Positions 9,409 to 19,928 are shown, counted from the first letter of the stretch. The stretch: 42,808 bases of DNA from Clostridiales bacterium (GCA_037442985.1 JBBIPI010000001.1:1-42808), one strand, 5' to 3'. The notes: generated by a model from the letters alone, not told the origin. Program-made: numbers and translations.

Positions 9409-10557
9409 ATGCCGGCACGGCGCCGCTTGAAGGAGAGGCTCAGGGACGCAGCGCGCGCGCTGGGCATCGTGGCCCTGGGGGTGGCGGAGGCCCGGCCTTT
9501 CGCGGCGGAGCGGGAGGTGCTGGTGCGCCGGCGGGCCGCCGGCCTGGAGAGCCCCCTGGAGCCGCGCGATCTGGAGCAGCGCTGTTCGCCGGAGCGCATC
9601 CTGCCGGGCGCGCGTTCCATCGTCGTCGCCGCCGTCTCGTATTACCGCCCGTATCCGCCCCTGGCCGCGGAGGGGCCCGACGGCCTGCCGCGGGGCGTCG
9701 TCGCCCGCTACGCCTGGGGGGAGGATTACCACCGCACGCTGCGGGAAAAGCTGCGCGCGCTGGCGTCCTTCCTCTGCGGGGAGGCGCCAGGCGCTGCCTG
9801 CGCCGTGCTGGTGGACACGGGCCCGCTGGTGGAGCGGGCGGCGGCCGCGCGCGCCGGCGTGGGCTGGGTGGGGAAGAACTGCTGCCTGATCGTCCCGGGC
9901 GCCGGCTCCTGGGTGGTGCTGGGGGAGATCGTCACCACCGTGCCGCTGGAACCCGATCCCCCGCTGGCGGACGGCTGCGGCGACTGCGACCGCTGCCTCC
10001 GGGCCTGTCCGACCGGAGCCCTGGTCGTCCCCGGCGTGCTGGACCACCGGCGTTGCCTTTCGTATGCCACGCAGATGAAGGGCGTGATACCCCGGGAGCT
10101 GAGGGTGGCCCTGGGGCGCCGCGTCTGGGGCTGCGACACCTGTCAGGAGGTCTGTCCCCGGAACCGCGGGCAGGCGGCGGGTTGCGCCGACGCCGACCCG
10201 GAGCTGGTGCGCCCGCGCCTGAGCGAGCTGGCCCTCCTCGGGCGGGCGGCCTTCCGCCGCACCTACGCGGGGACCGCGGCCGGCTGGCGCGGCCGTCACG
10301 TGCTGCGGCGCAACGCCCTGGTGGCGCTGGGCAACGCCCGCCATCCCGCGACCCTGCCGGCGCTGCTGGCGAACCTGGGCGACCCGCGCCCGGAGCTGCG
10401 GCTGCACGCCGCTTGGGCGCTGGGCCGCTTCGCCGCCTCCCCCTCCCTGGGCGGGACCGTGCGCGCGGCGGCGCGGGACGCTCTCTCCCGTGCTCTGGCG
10501 GGGGAAAGCGACGCCGCCGTGCGGCACGAGCTGGCCGCCTCGCTGGCGGTCTGCTAG
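9409..10557 (+). CDS. queG: tRNA epoxyqueuosine(34) reductase
   Basis: 382 aa with two 4Fe-4S ferredoxin motifs (CGDCDRCLRACPTGAL; WGCDTCQEVCPRN) and C-terminal HEAT-like repeats (ALGNARHPATLPALLANLGDPRPELRLHAAWALG). The N-terminus aligns with QueG N-termini as I recall them. Confidence 0.9.
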   Translation: MPARRRLKERLRDAARALGIVALGVAEARPFAAEREVLVRRRAAGLESPLEPRDLEQRCSPERILPGARSIVVAAVSYYRPYPPLAAEGPDGLPRGVVARYAWGEDYHRTLREKLRALASFLCGEAPGAACAVLVDTGPLVERAAAARAGVGWVGKNCCLIVPGAGSWVVLGEIVTTVPLEPDPPLADGCGDCDRCLRACPTGALVVPGVLDHRRCLSYATQMKGVIPRELRVALGRRVWGCDTCQEVCPRNRGQAAGCADADPELVRPRLSELALLGRAAFRRTYAGTAAGWRGRHVLRRNALVALGNARHPATLPALLANLGDPRPELRLHAAWALGRFAASPSLGGTVRAAARDALSRALAGESDAAVRHELAASLAVC

Positions 10558-10586
10558 GTTATGGGGAGGAGAGGTGAGGCGAGCCG

Positions 10587-11090
10587 GTGAAGGTGCTGGT
10601 GCTGTCCGACACGCACATCCCGGGCCGCGCCCGCCGGTTGCCGCGCCTGGTCTACGAGGCCCTCGCGCAGGCCGACGCCATCCTGCACACCGGGGACCTG
10701 GACAGCGAGGACGTCCTGGACGAGCTGACGGCCTTCGCGCCCGTCTACGCGGTGGCGGGCAACGTGGATCCCCCGGAGGTGTGGCGGCGCCTGCCGCGGC
10801 GGCTCCTGGTGGAGCTGGCCGGATACCGCCTGGGGCTGATCCACGGCGACGGCGCCGACCGGCGCGCGACGGCCGACCTGGCGGTGGCTGCCTTCCCAGG
10901 GGCGGACGCCGTCATCTTCGGCCACACCCACCGCCCGCTGCTGGAACGGCGGGGTAGCCTGCTGCTCTTCAACTCCGGCTCGGCGACGGACAGGCGCCGG
11001 GAACCCCGCTTCTCCTTCGGCTGGCTCCACCTGGGTGACGGTTCGAGCCGGGGCATCCGCGCCGAGCACGTCTTCTTCGACGGCGACTAG
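10587..11090 (+). CDS. YfcE/MJ0936-family metallophosphoesterase
   Basis: 167 aa. MKVLVLSDTHIP...HTGD...GNVD...IHGD...FGHTH are the calcineurin-like phosphoesterase motifs in order. GTG start. Confidence 0.8.
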   Translation: MKVLVLSDTHIPGRARRLPRLVYEALAQADAILHTGDLDSEDVLDELTAFAPVYAVAGNVDPPEVWRRLPRRLLVELAGYRLGLIHGDGADRRATADLAVAAFPGADAVIFGHTHRPLLERRGSLLLFNSGSATDRRREPRFSFGWLHLGDGSSRGIRAEHVFFDGD

Positions 11091-11165
11091 GCGCTCTGGA
11101 CCACATCTTCGTTTCTTTGAACTACAATTCTTGATTAGTGGGACGGTGGGGGGAGGGTTGCCGGA

Positions 11166-12608
11166 GTGGTATCCACGCGGCCGCTCTCGGGGCGTCGCTT
11201 CAGCCTCGTCGTCTCCCCGGACAGGCTGACGGTGGTGATGAGGCTCCTTCCGCCCTCCGAGGAAGGCGAAGTCCCGCCGCCCAGCTTGGAGGAGGTACGG
11301 GCGGAGCTGGAGGCCCTCGGCGTGCGGTTCGGGGTGGACGAGAACGCCCTGGCGCGGGCGCTCGTTTCGCCACCGGGCGTGGCGGTGGAGGTGGCCCGCG
11401 GCCTGCCCCCCATCGAGGGCAAGGATGGCTGGGTGGAGATCCTCTTCCCCACGGACGTGACGCGCGGGGCACCGGAGGACGAGAACCAGCGCGTCGACTG
11501 GCGCGCCGGCCTTGTCTTCCCCGAGGCGGTGCCGGGACAGAAACTGGCCATCCTCCACCCGCCGGTGCCGGGCGTTGCGGGTTGCGCCGTCACGGGCGAG
11601 GAGCTCCCGCCGCGGAAGGTCTCTCCCGCCCGCCTGATCGCCGGTCCGGGCGTGGAGATCCTGGCCGAGCCCCAGGGGGAAAGCGCGGTGGCGGTGGCGA
11701 CCCAGCCCGGGATGCCCGTGGCGCTGTGTCAGGGCCGCATCGTCCTGGTGAAAGTGGACCCCCTGGTGACCATCCCGGGCGACGTGGACCTCACCACGGG
11801 CAACCTCAAGATCCGAGGCTCCCTGGCCATCCAGGGCAGCGTGCGGGCGGGGTGCAGCGTCCAGGCCACGGAATCCGTCCTGGTGCGGGGCGACGTCGAG
11901 GCGTCCGAGGTGGTCGCGGGCACCGATGTAGCCGTGGTGGGGCAGGTGGTCGGGGCGAGGGTCACCGCCGGCGGCGAGCGCAGCCTCGGCCTCCTGGTCC
12001 TCGACTTCGACCGCCTGATCGCGGCCTGCCGCCAGCTTGAGGAGCGGGGGCTGCGGTGTGCCGACGCGGTGCGCCTGCTGCTCGAGACCCGTTTCGGTAA
12101 CCTCCGCAAGGCGTTGGCCGACCCCCCGCAGGGGGATGCGGAGCAGGGAGTATGGGAGGAGGTCCGCGACCTGCTCGTCAAGCCCGCTTCCGGGCTGACC
12201 CTGGGGAGGCTGGAGGAGCTGGGCCGGAAACTGCATCTCATATACCAGGGCAGGGCGGCGGGGAGCATAAAGGCGTCTTACGCGCAGAACGCCACCCTGG
12301 AGGCGGCGGGGACGGTGACCGTCCGCAAAGGCTGCTTCTACGCCCGCATCGTGGCCGGCGGGGACGTGATCATCGAGGGCGCGTTGCGGGCGGGGCAGGT
12401 CGTGAGCGGGGGAAACGTGTATGTCGGGGAGGCCGGTTCGCCCGGCGAATCCTCCTGCGAGATCGAGGTGCCCCGGGAGGGCAAGGTGACGTTCACGCGC
12501 GTCCACCCCGGGGTGCAGGTCCGCTTTGGCACCCTCGTCTACCGTTTCGAGGCGCCTTACCGAAACGTGACCCTGAGGGCCGGTCCCGAGGGGATCGAGT
12601 GGTCGTAA
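11166..12608 (+). CDS. FapA/DUF342 family protein
   Basis: 480 aa. The N-terminal region is FapA_N-like (VVSPDRLTVVMRLLPP...LEEVRAELEALGVRFGVDENAL). The central region has beta-helix-like repeats (GDVDLTTGNLKIRGSLAIQGSVRAGCSVQATESVLVRGDVEASEVVAG). GTG start 10 nt after GGGAGG. Confidence 0.7.
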   Translation: MVSTRPLSGRRFSLVVSPDRLTVVMRLLPPSEEGEVPPPSLEEVRAELEALGVRFGVDENALARALVSPPGVAVEVARGLPPIEGKDGWVEILFPTDVTRGAPEDENQRVDWRAGLVFPEAVPGQKLAILHPPVPGVAGCAVTGEELPPRKVSPARLIAGPGVEILAEPQGESAVAVATQPGMPVALCQGRIVLVKVDPLVTIPGDVDLTTGNLKIRGSLAIQGSVRAGCSVQATESVLVRGDVEASEVVAGTDVAVVGQVVGARVTAGGERSLGLLVLDFDRLIAACRQLEERGLRCADAVRLLLETRFGNLRKALADPPQGDAEQGVWEEVRDLLVKPASGLTLGRLEELGRKLHLIYQGRAAGSIKASYAQNATLEAAGTVTVRKGCFYARIVAGGDVIIEGALRAGQVVSGGNVYVGEAGSPGESSCEIEVPREGKVTFTRVHPGVQVRFGTLVYRFEAPYRNVTLRAGPEGIEWS

Positions 12609-12660
12609 GAGTTCGCCCCCTGGCCGGCAGCCCCGGGGGCCCGACGAGAGGTGAGAAAGG

Positions 12661-14619
<1,959 letters not shown>

Positions 14620-14705
14620 GGTGTCCCCTCCGGGTGTTGCTGGCGCCGTTGATCCTCCAAAGCAGACGGAGCGGCGCGGGTGTCCCCGAGGAGGGCCGGG
14701 CCGAG

Positions 14706-16373
14706 TCAATCCTGCTGGGGTGATTTGCCCGCCAGGCGGTAGCGGCGGTTGGGCGCGCGCAGCACCGTGGTGGTCGGCTCGATCAACCCTCGGCCGAGCA
14801 AGGCGCGGATGTTTTTCAGGACTTCGTGGCGAGGCAGCCCCAGCAGCTCCGCCAGCTCCGTGGTCCCCAGTTCGCCCCGACCGGCGAGGGCGGCAAGGAT
14901 CTTGCGACCGGTAGGATCGAGGTCGGGAGGCGCGTGGACGGGCCGTCCTGCGGAGGGTGTCAACACGTAATAGGTCCCGCCCCGCAGGCCGACCTGCTCG
15001 AAGACGTCCTTTTCGACCAGTTGCTTCAAGTCGCGGCTGGCCTGCCGACTGTCGACCGCCTGCAGGAGCCGGTACTCCCTGCTGGTGATCCGGCCGAACC
15101 GGCGCACATAGGCCATCGCCAGGCGCTGGTGCTCCGTAAGATCAAGGTGGGCGAACGCCTTGAGCCACTCCAGGACCTCTCTGCTCAGCAGTGTCTCGTT
15201 CCTGAGCGTGACGCGAAAATACGTCCGGCCGTCCCGGAATTCGGGCGGCGGCAGCTGGGCAGCCCGCATGGCGGACGCCATGGCAGCCAGCCCTGTGCCA
15301 CGGTTCTCCATCGGGCCGAGGTCCTCCAGAAGCCTGGCCAGAGCGGCGTTGCGGGTAGACTGGATGCCGAGTTCCCCGAGTAGCTCCAGGCTCACCGGTC
15401 CGTACAGCCCCCCTGGGTTCTGGATCTCCACGCGGTCCGGGAAGAACCGCACCTGCACCTGGGTGCCCAGGGCATACCGGCTGTAGTCCCGATGGGCGAC
15501 GGCGTTGACCAGGGCTTCCCGGACCGCGGCGAGTGGGTACTCGGGAACGGTCTCGTGGTGCAACCCGCGGACGAGGACCCGGGACCGGGCGATCCCTTGG
15601 ACGGCTTGCAGGGCGTCTTCCAGCATGTCGGCGAGCGGTCCCTCGCAGCGGACGTCGACTGCGAGCCGCTCCGTCGGATCCGGCTGATCGCTTGCGTAGG
15701 CCGAGAGCGTGATTACCAGAGAGGGGAAGAAGGCTTGCGGGTAGCGCCCGAACACCAGGAGTCCGGCGAGTGTCGGGCGAAGCGGGTCTTGTCTTGAGAC
15801 GATGTTCAGCGCGCGCAGGAGAGAGGCCCGGTCACCAGCGAATCTAGCCAGCGCCGGCCGGCGCCGCTGCACCTGCGTCAGGAACGCGTCGAGCCGCGGC
15901 TGGTCCAGGTCGTCGAGTGAGGCATCCTGTACGGGACGGAGGTCCTCGATCGGTTGGACGCGGGAGCTGAGCGCCAAGTAGACCTCGTACTCGGTCATGG
16001 GGCGCTCTCCGTCCCCAACCCGAATGTACGCGCCGTGGTAGGGTCCCTTGGCCCGGTGATAGCAGGGGCGGAACTGCGGTTCGACCTCGGGCACCTCCAC
16101 CGCGAGGACGACGCGGGTCCCGAGAACGTGGGCCGAAAGAGCGAAGCGTACCGGCGGTTCGAGCCCGGAAGCCGCTTCCGCCAAGTCACGCTGTAGTTGG
16201 TCGGGATCGCCTACTCCTACAACCTCGAAGCTCTTGCCGTCGATGCCGAACAGGATGGTGCCCCCGCCGGGCCGGTTGGCGAAGGCGCACAGCGTTTTCC
16301 ATATGTCCTGGGGTGTGCCTTTTTCCGCAGCCTTGACTTCGATGTCGTCAAGCTCAGTTCGCCGTCGGCGCAA
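14706..16373 (-). CDS. COG2865-type protein: Schlafen-like AlbA_2 (divergent AAA-4) domain + HATPase_c_4 domain + C-terminal winged-HTH domains
   Basis: 555 aa. AlbA_2-like N-terminus (IEVKAAEKG...LCAFANRPGGGTILFGIDGKSFEVVGV). HATPase_c_4-like core (REALVNAVAHRDYS...VQVRFFPDRVEIQNPGGL). HTH-like C-terminus. The region is visibly lower in GC than its flanks. The track start is a TTG; see the finding on the upstream SD+GTG and in-frame TAG. Confidence 0.8.
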   Translation of the reverse strand: MRRRRTELDDIEVKAAEKGTPQDIWKTLCAFANRPGGGTILFGIDGKSFEVVGVGDPDQLQRDLAEAASGLEPPVRFALSAHVLGTRVVLAVEVPEVEPQFRPCYHRAKGPYHGAYIRVGDGERPMTEYEVYLALSSRVQPIEDLRPVQDASLDDLDQPRLDAFLTQVQRRRPALARFAGDRASLLRALNIVSRQDPLRPTLAGLLVFGRYPQAFFPSLVITLSAYASDQPDPTERLAVDVRCEGPLADMLEDALQAVQGIARSRVLVRGLHHETVPEYPLAAVREALVNAVAHRDYSRYALGTQVQVRFFPDRVEIQNPGGLYGPVSLELLGELGIQSTRNAALARLLEDLGPMENRGTGLAAMASAMRAAQLPPPEFRDGRTYFRVTLRNETLLSREVLEWLKAFAHLDLTEHQRLAMAYVRRFGRITSREYRLLQAVDSRQASRDLKQLVEKDVFEQVGLRGGTYYVLTPSAGRPVHAPPDLDPTGRKILAALAGRGELGTTELAELLGLPRHEVLKNIRALLGRGLIEPTTTVLRAPNRRYRLAGKSPQQD

Positions 16374-16441
16374 CGTGTCCAGCAGTTCTTCCAGCTATCG
16401 AAGCGTCACTGGGAGCCTCCCGTTAAAGTATTTCAAGTAGA

Positions 16442-16470
16442 ACTGTATTAGTGGCACAACAGCTCGTCAA
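16442..16470 (-). promoter_or_regulatory. sigma-70/sigA-type promoter (TTGACG-17-TACAGT) for the COG2865 gene
   Basis: On the minus strand, TTGACG (16470-16465), a 17-nt spacer, and TACAGT (16447-16442). GGGAGG (16421-16416) and GTG (16409-16407) follow downstream. Confidence 0.5.
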
Positions 16471-16578
16471 GTAACTGCGATGCTGGTGCCACCTGCAGGC
16501 ACTCCTGACGCTAGGCCGGCGAACTGGTCTCGGACCCCGGTAAGGCGAGGGTGAGGCCCACGTCGAGGAGGCCGACGA

Positions 16579-16794
16579 CTAAGGAGTCTTGTCGCCCAAC
16601 GCCGCCGCGAGGGCGAAGCGGTAGGTCTCGACGGGCACCGCTCCCTGGACCACCCTGTGGCCCACCAGCACCGTGGGCACGGCGTGGATGCCGAGGCGCG
16701 CCGCCTCCTCGCAGTCGGCCAGCGCCGCCCGCAGGGTCCTCTCCCCGCGCAGGTCGGCGGCGAAGCGGACGTTGCCGACGGGCCTCCGGACCCA
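16579..16794 (-). pseudogene. C-terminal remnant of a DsbA/FrnE-like thioredoxin-fold oxidoreductase gene
   Basis: Minus-strand translation gives ...VGNVRFAADLRGERTLRAALADCEEAARLGIHAVPTVLVGHRVVQGAVPVETYRFALAAALGDKTP*, which resembles a DsbA-family C-terminus (GI.GVPT..V......GA.P.E.....L). This frame has no start codon and no CxxC-bearing N-terminal half, and it runs into the end of the transketolase gene. Confidence 0.45.
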
Positions 16795-16840
16795 GAGGGC
16801 AGCCGCTTTGGGCGAGCGCTGGGGCGCCTGACGGGCGGCG

Positions 16841-17833
16841 CTACCCGCCCTTGCGGGCCAGGACGGCGCGGGCGGCCGCAGCGATGTGCGGGGCGGTCAG
16901 CCCGTACTCCTCCAGGAGCTGCTTGGCCGTGCCCGACTGCCCGAACTGGTCGCGGATGCCGACGCGCTGCAGGGGCACGGGGAGGTGCTCGCCCAGCAGC
17001 TCGGCCACGGCGCTGCCGAGGCCGCCGTAGATGGTGTGCTCCTCGGCGGTGACGACGGCGCCGGTGCGCGCGGCGCTGGCCAGGATGGTCTCGGCGTCGA
17101 GGGGCTTGATGGTGGAGCAGTTGATCACCTCGGCCGAGATCCCCTCGCTCGCCAGGAGGTCCGCCGCCTTCAACGCCTCGGCGACCATCACCCCGCAGGC
17201 CACGAGGGTGACGTCGGCGCCCCGGCGCAGCACGTCGGCCTGGCCGATGCGGACGCGGTGATCGTCGCCGTAGATCACCGGCACCTTGGCCCGGCCGAAG
17301 CGGAGGTAGACCGGCCCCTCGTGCTCCACCGCCGCCAGGGTGAAGAGCCTGGCCTCGGTGAAGTCGGCCGGCACCACCACCGTCATGTTGGGCAGGCCGC
17401 GCATGAGGGAGATGTCGTCGATGGCCTGATGGGTCGCCCCGTCTTCGCCCACGGTGACCCCGGCGTGGGTGGCGCCGATCTTGACGTTGAGACCGGGGTA
17501 GCAGATGGACTGGAACACCTGGTTCAAGGCGCGCTGGGTGGCAAAGATGGCGAAGGTGGAGGCGAAGACGATCTTGCCGCAGCTGGCCAGGCCGGCGGCC
17601 ACGCCCATCATGTTGGCCTCGGCGATGCCCAGGTTGAAGAAGCGGTCCCGGGCGCCCGCCTTGGCGAAGGAGTAGGACATGGTCGACTTGGACAGGTCGG
17701 CGTCCAGCACGACGATGCGGGGATCGCCCGCCAGCTCGGCCAGGGCCTTGCCGTAGCCTTCGCGCGTGGCCGCCTCGGCCGGCTTCGGAGGCGAGACGGG
17801 GGCCGGTGCCTGTATCGTCTGGTTCGCGCTCAC
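16841..17833 (-). CDS. transketolase, C-terminal (pyrimidine-binding + C-terminal domain) subunit
   Basis: EGYGKALAELAGDPRIVVLDADLSKST...GIAEANMMGVAAGLA...THAGVTVGEDGATHQ. GTG at 17833 lies 1 nt after the stop of the N-terminal subunit and is preceded by GGGAGGAG. The track start at 17896 is an upstream extension. Confidence 0.9.
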   Translation of the reverse strand: MSANQTIQAPAPVSPPKPAEAATREGYGKALAELAGDPRIVVLDADLSKSTMSYSFAKAGARDRFFNLGIAEANMMGVAAGLASCGKIVFASTFAIFATQRALNQVFQSICYPGLNVKIGATHAGVTVGEDGATHQAIDDISLMRGLPNMTVVVPADFTEARLFTLAAVEHEGPVYLRFGRAKVPVIYGDDHRVRIGQADVLRRGADVTLVACGVMVAEALKAADLLASEGISAEVINCSTIKPLDAETILASAARTGAVVTAEEHTIYGGLGSAVAELLGEHLPVPLQRVGIRDQFGQSGTAKQLLEEYGLTAPHIAAAARAVLARKGG

Positions 17834-17834
17834 T

Positions 17835-18680
17835 TCAGACTCCTCCCAGCTCGGCGAGGGCCAGGTCGCGCTGCTCGGCGTTGGGCGCCACCCCATGCCA
17901 CTCGACGGCGTTCTCCATGAACGACACGCCCTTGCCCTTGACGGTCCTGGCCACGATGGCTGTCGGCCGCCCGGTGGTGGCAGCCGCCTCCTCGAAGGCG
18001 GCCAGGATCTCGGGGAAGGAATGGCCGTCGATCTCGAGGGCGTGCCAGCCGAAGGCGCGCCACTTGGCCACCAGGTCCCCGAGGGACATCACTTCCTCCG
18101 TGGGGCCGTCGATCTGCAGCCCGTTGCGGTCGACGATGGCCACCAGGTTGTCCAGCTTGTAGTGCGCTGCCGACATGGCGGCCTCCCACACCTGGCCCTC
18201 CTGGCATTCCCCGTCGCCTAGCAGGCAATAGACGCGGTAAGAGCGTCCGTCCAGCTTGGCGGCCAGGGCCATGCCGACGGCCATGGACAGCCCCTGCCCC
18301 AGCGAACCGGCGCTGGCCTCCACCCCGGGCACCTTGGTCATGTCCGGGTGGCCCTGCAACCGGGAGTGCAACTTGCGGAAGGTCATCAACTCCTCCCGCG
18401 GGATGAACCCCTTCTCCGCGAGGGCGGCGTAGAGGACCGGACAGACGTGACCCTTGGAGAGGACGAAGCGATCCCGGTCGGGGTTCCTCGGGTTGGCCGG
18501 GTCCAGGCCGCGGAGAACGCGGAAATAGAGGGCCGTCACGATGTCGGCCGCCGAGAGCGAACCCCCGGGATGGCCGGAGGCTGCGGCCGCCGTCTGCACG
18601 ATCACGTGCCGGCGGAGCAGGCGGGCCTTCTCTTCCAGGTCGGCGTAGTCGCGGTTGGCTGCCTCAACCCTGGGCGGCAT
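17835..18680 (-). CDS. transketolase, N-terminal (TPP-binding) subunit
   Basis: 281 aa with [29 protein letters not shown] and [15 protein letters not shown] (TPP motif). ATG start. Confidence 0.92.
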   Translation of the reverse strand: MPPRVEAANRDYADLEEKARLLRRHVIVQTAAAASGHPGGSLSAADIVTALYFRVLRGLDPANPRNPDRDRFVLSKGHVCPVLYAALAEKGFIPREELMTFRKLHSRLQGHPDMTKVPGVEASAGSLGQGLSMAVGMALAAKLDGRSYRVYCLLGDGECQEGQVWEAAMSAAHYKLDNLVAIVDRNGLQIDGPTEEVMSLGDLVAKWRAFGWHALEIDGHSFPEILAAFEEAAATTGRPTAIVARTVKGKGVSFMENAVEWHGVAPNAEQRDLALAELGGV

Positions 18681-19554
18681 GGACGGCCAGCACCTCCGTC
18701 GCAGCCTGGCGGCAGGTCAGGATGCGCCAGGCGACCAGGAGATGGCTCAGGGCCACGGGGTCGAGGCCGGAGGCAGCGGCGGCCGGCGCCGCGACGCCCA
18801 GCTCCGCCATGAGCGCCCGCGCCGTCTCCGGCGGCACCGTTTCCCGCAGCTCGAGGGTCTCGAAGGTCTGACCGTTCACGCTCCCGGCGCCGGCGACGAT
18901 TCCCAGGCGCTCCAGCCAGGTGCCGCGGGCGAGGCGAGAGTGGATGGAATGCGGGCTCGGCCGCTCCCACAGGTAGACTTTGATCTCCTTTTCGGTGCCC
19001 TCCTTGGGCGCGAGCTGGATGATGAGGTCGGCGTGAACCTTCTGCGGCTCGATATAGGCCCGGATGTCCGGCTGGCGCATGGCGATCTCCTGCTTCACCT
19101 GCTCCAGCGTGTGGCCCCGGTCGGCCACGTCGCGCTCGATCTTCCAGCGCAGCTTGAGCTCCGGATCGGTGTCGAAGTAGACCCTCAGGTCCTCGGCCGC
19201 CCGCAACATCTCCAGGTACAGGGCATGCAACCCCTCGAGGATGACGTAGTCGCCCGGCGTGACCGTCTCGGGTGCGCCGAAGGTTCCGGTGCTGTGGTCG
19301 TACACCGGCTTCACGATCGTCTCTCCCCGCCTGAGCTGCCAGGCGTGGTCGACGAGCAGCCCCAGGTCGTTGCAGCGCGGGTTGAGCGGCGTGATGCCGA
19401 CGGCCTTGCGCTGCGCCCGATCGAGGGTGTGGTAGTCGTCCAGCCCGATGATGGTGACGCGCTCGGGGCCGAGGAGCGAGGCGACGGCCTTCACGTATGT
19501 GGACTTCCCCGCTCCGCTGTCTCCGGCGAAACCGACGATGGTGACGCGCCTCAT
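18664..19554 (-). CDS. prk: phosphoribulokinase (class II, cyanobacterial/plant/archaeal-like), PRK/uridine kinase family
   Basis: P-loop GDSGAGKST followed by [26 protein letters not shown]...KPVYDHSTG...ILEGLHALY...[21 protein letters not shown]...[20 protein letters not shown]. This tracks the plant/cyanobacterial PRK sequence as I recall it, block by block. ATG at 19554 is preceded by GGAAGGAG. The 3' end overlaps the transketolase start by 17 nt. Confidence 0.8.
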   Translation of the reverse strand: MRRVTIVGFAGDSGAGKSTYVKAVASLLGPERVTIIGLDDYHTLDRAQRKAVGITPLNPRCNDLGLLVDHAWQLRRGETIVKPVYDHSTGTFGAPETVTPGDYVILEGLHALYLEMLRAAEDLRVYFDTDPELKLRWKIERDVADRGHTLEQVKQEIAMRQPDIRAYIEPQKVHADLIIQLAPKEGTEKEIKVYLWERPSPHSIHSRLARGTWLERLGIVAGAGSVNGQTFETLELRETVPPETARALMAELGVAAPAAAASGLDPVALSHLLVAWRILTCRQAATEVLAVHAAQG

Positions 19555-19672
19555 GGCTTCGACTCCTTCCCCAGGCAATGCCGGTGATGCTCCCCGGCGC
19601 GCCGATGCCGTCCCGCGCGGTCGGCGCGGCGGGCGGTTGGGATGGCGCTTGCCCGTGGTCAATTCCCGGTAC

Positions 19673-19686
19673 GGTTACCCGTAACC
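19673..19686. repeat. inverted repeat GGTTAC-cc-GTAACC (candidate operator at the predicted prk transcription start)
   Basis: 6-bp perfect arms with a 2-nt spacer, immediately downstream (minus-strand sense) of the TATAGT -10 at 19699-19694. Confidence 0.35.
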
Positions 19687-19693
19687 TCTATAG

Positions 19694-19723
19694 ACTATAA
19701 GAGATAGCCCGTTTGCCGATCAA
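19694..19723 (-). promoter_or_regulatory. sigA-type promoter (TTGATC-18-TATAGT) for the prk-transketolase operon
   Basis: On the minus strand, TTGATC (19723-19718), an 18-nt spacer, and TATAGT (19699-19694). It sits about 140 nt upstream of the prk ATG in an AT-richer patch. Confidence 0.45.
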
Positions 19724-19770
19724 TGCCTTGACCGCCAGGTGACGGCGCCGCCGGGCGAACGGCACTATTC

Positions 19771-19790
19771 AGGCGGTCGGCTGACCGCCT
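19771..19790. repeat. perfect 8-bp stem / 4-nt loop inverted repeat in the prk / nuoF-like divergent region
   Basis: AGGCGGTC-GGCT-GACCGCCT. No flanking T-run on either strand. Function unknown. Confidence 0.6.
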
Positions 19791-19928
19791 TCGAACGCCC
19801 TTTCATGCCGTTCACGGCGCGTATGTGTAAGTTGCATGCTTCATTCATACTGTTCATCGCCCGCCCGTTGCCTTTTCCATCGCCATGACATAGGTATTGT
19901 AGTCAAGGGTGGCCAGTGCTGCCTGCGT

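Noticed and set aside
11091-11165. Promoter for the FapA-like gene in the AT-richer gap (TTGAAC, TACAAT, TTGATT hexamers)
   Set aside because: The hexamers are adjacent to each other rather than 16-18 nt apart, so no consistent -35/-10 pair could be assembled.
14637-16490. Possible direct repeats flanking the COG2865 insert (TGCTGGCGCC at 14637-14646 versus TGCTGGTGCC at 16481-16490)
   Set aside because: This is only a 10-mer with one mismatch in GC-rich DNA and is easily a chance match. No integrase, transposase or tRNA attachment site lies nearby.
17834-17896. N-terminal extension of the transketolase C-subunit ORF (track start 17896)
   Set aside because: It would overlap the N-subunit gene by 62 nt. 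The GTG at 17833, just after the upstream stop and preceded by GGGAGGAG, is the typical split-transketolase junction.
19555-19662. 36-codon N-terminal extension of the prk ORF (track start 19662)
   Set aside because: The extension is Arg/Pro-rich junk. The internal ATG at 19554 has a strong GGAAGGAG SD and places the P-loop at the usual distance from the N-terminus.
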